A stretch of 15,745 bases of DNA from Promethearchaeota archaeon (GTDB lineage Archaea; Asgardarchaeota; Thorarchaeia; Thorarchaeales; Thorarchaeaceae), in assembly GCA_048939765.1 (NCBI GenBank), contig JBHLPF010000054.1, positions 1 to 15,745 on the forward strand. The letters run 5' to 3'. The first letter of the stretch is position 1. Each line of letters starts with the position of its first letter. Under the pieces are notes generated by a model. It did no database searches and was not told the DNA's origin. It saw only the letters and a list, made by a program, of their open reading frames with translations. The position numbers and the translations under genes are program-made. Below are positions 14,586 to 15,745 of this stretch, piece after piece.

Positions 14586-15745
14586 TCAACAAGTCTTGTC
14601 AAGGGCATTCTGTAAGTCAGACAGCAGATCGTTGGGATCCTCAATTCCCACAGACAATCGGATTGTTGATTCTGAGATTCCCATTTCAGCAAGCACATCA
14701 GGAGCCAGACCGTAATGAGTAGAGAGAGCAGGGATACTTGCTAGGCTCTCAACACCACCAAGTGACACAGCATTGAGGAATATATCCAGCGAATCAACAA
14801 ACGTTTTGGCAGCCTCCAAATCACAGTCCAAATCAATGGAGAGCATGCCTCCAAATCCTCGCATCTGTCTCTTAGCCACTGAGTGATTCGGATGTTCAGG
14901 AAGGCCAGGGTAATGAACACGTCTGACTCGAGAGTCAGTGGACATCTCTTTAGCCAAGAATGATGCATTGTAATTATGCTGCTCAACACGAACTGACAAG
15001 GTCTTGATTCCTCTATCTAACAGAAACGCAGCAAAGGGATCCATGGTCCCCCCTAGGAGCTTCGCAGCACTTCGAATCTTGGCCATGATTTCCTTGGAAC
15101 CTGAGAGAGTTCCTGCGATAATGTCACTATGGCCGCCAAGATATTTAGTGGCACTGTGCATGACAATGTCGACTCCAAGCTCATGTGGCTTCTGATTGAT
15201 CGGAGTTCCAAATGTGCTGTCAATCATGCTAATTATCCCTGTGGCACGCGCCGCATCTGCCGCTTTTTCAATATCCACTATCTTGAGAGTTGGATTTGTG
15301 GGGGTCTCAAAGAAGCATAGCTTATACTTGCCTTCTGATTCCATCACGTGGTCATGGAAATCATCTGTTTCGGCATAATCGACTTGAATCCCATATTCAG
15401 GAAGCACGTCATCGAAGAAATGGACGGTACCGCCGTAGATTGATTCGCTGGCTAGGATTCGTTCGCCCCCTTTTACCAGGCCAATTATAGCGGTAGAGAT
15501 TGCAGCCATGCCTGAGGAAAGGGCAAGTGTGTCTTCAGTTCCTTCGAGTGAGCTGATCTTTGCCTCCACATTACGTGTGGTTGGGTTGCTCCAGCGTGTA
15601 TACACATCTTTTCCAGACTTGCCAGTGACAGAATCAACCATGTCAGTTTGGTCCTCGAATACAAATGTGGATGTCTGAACTATCGGAACAACGGCCGGAC
15701 CTGATTTCTGGGCCTCAGTGCCTTGAACGCATAATGTGGAAGGGC
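14586..15745 (-). CDS. Cys/Met-metabolism PLP enzyme (cystathionine gamma-lyase/synthase family), 5'-truncated by the window edge
   Basis: The frame is open to the window end (PSTLCVQG...AVVPIVQTSTFVF). Motifs: YTRWSNPT, SSGMAAI, YGGT, ETPTNP, DSTFGTP, HSATKYLGGHSD (PLP Lys), VHYPGL, GFGGM, SLGGVESL, IRLSVGIED. Confidence 0.9.
   Translation of the reverse strand, partial: PSTLCVQGTEAQKSGPAVVPIVQTSTFVFEDQTDMVDSVTGKSGKDVYTRWSNPTTRNVEAKISSLEGTEDTLALSSGMAAISTAIIGLVKGGERILASESIYGGTVHFFDDVLPEYGIQVDYAETDDFHDHVMESEGKYKLCFFETPTNPTLKIVDIEKAADAARATGIISMIDSTFGTPINQKPHELGVDIVMHSATKYLGGHSDIIAGTLSGSKEIMAKIRSAAKLLGGTMDPFAAFLLDRGIKTLSVRVEQHNYNASFLAKEMSTDSRVRRVHYPGLPEHPNHSVAKRQMRGFGGMLSIDLDCDLEAAKTFVDSLDIFLNAVSLGGVESLASIPALSTHYGLAPDVLAEMGISESTIRLSVGIEDPNDLLSDLQNALDKTC

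Noticed and set aside
14505-14591. Possible selenocysteine read-through at the lyase C-terminus (…KTC-TGA) with a downstream GAA/A hairpin on the minus strand (about 14507-14538)
   Set aside because: The stop falls at the normal end of this family and another TGA follows three codons later. The hairpin is short and imperfect and lacks the G/C pairs of archaeal SECIS or the AUGA/GA core.
14586-15745. Specific call as methionine gamma-lyase, metB or metC
   Set aside because: It has YGGT rather than the MGL-type YGCT, and the family members cannot be separated by eye, so it is left at family level.

Overview
Gene-dense window of about 17 CDS plus one pseudogene-like fragment. It looks archaeal: TATA boxes, GGTGA/GAGGT ribosome-binding motifs and an Archaeoglobus-type IscS. 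An Asgard/Thorarchaeia-like origin is only my inference. From left to right: a 5'-truncated bacterial-type PLP arginine decarboxylase (SpeA), a 3-Cys LarE-family sulfur insertase, a small hypothetical protein, an M24 Xaa-Pro peptidase, a Zn-dependent alcohol dehydrogenase, a small ParB/Srx-like protein, a tightly coupled tusA-dsrE-iscS-iscU operon, a GNAT, two convergent orphan DNA amino-methyltransferases (COG1743/DUF1156 Zn-ribbon type and a compact type III Mod-like enzyme) with no nuclease, an amber-interrupted Lrp/AsnC-like HTH remnant missed by the ORF track, a winged-HTH regulator, an adenosine deaminase-family enzyme, a Cys-rich thioredoxin-fold protein and a 5'-truncated cystathionine gamma-lyase/synthase-family enzyme. 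The most notable element is the Fe-S/sulfur operon. Its IscS lacks the PLP Schiff-base lysine (SSND instead of SxHK). It is co-encoded with two persulfide carriers (TusA, DsrE). Its IscU carries a fused, degenerate, very acidic NADPH-binding domain of the thioredoxin reductase/ferredoxin-NADP+ reductase family. Together these suggest a possibly cysteine-independent, carrier-fed Fe-S assembly system. No rRNA, tRNA, CRISPR array or transposase was seen.
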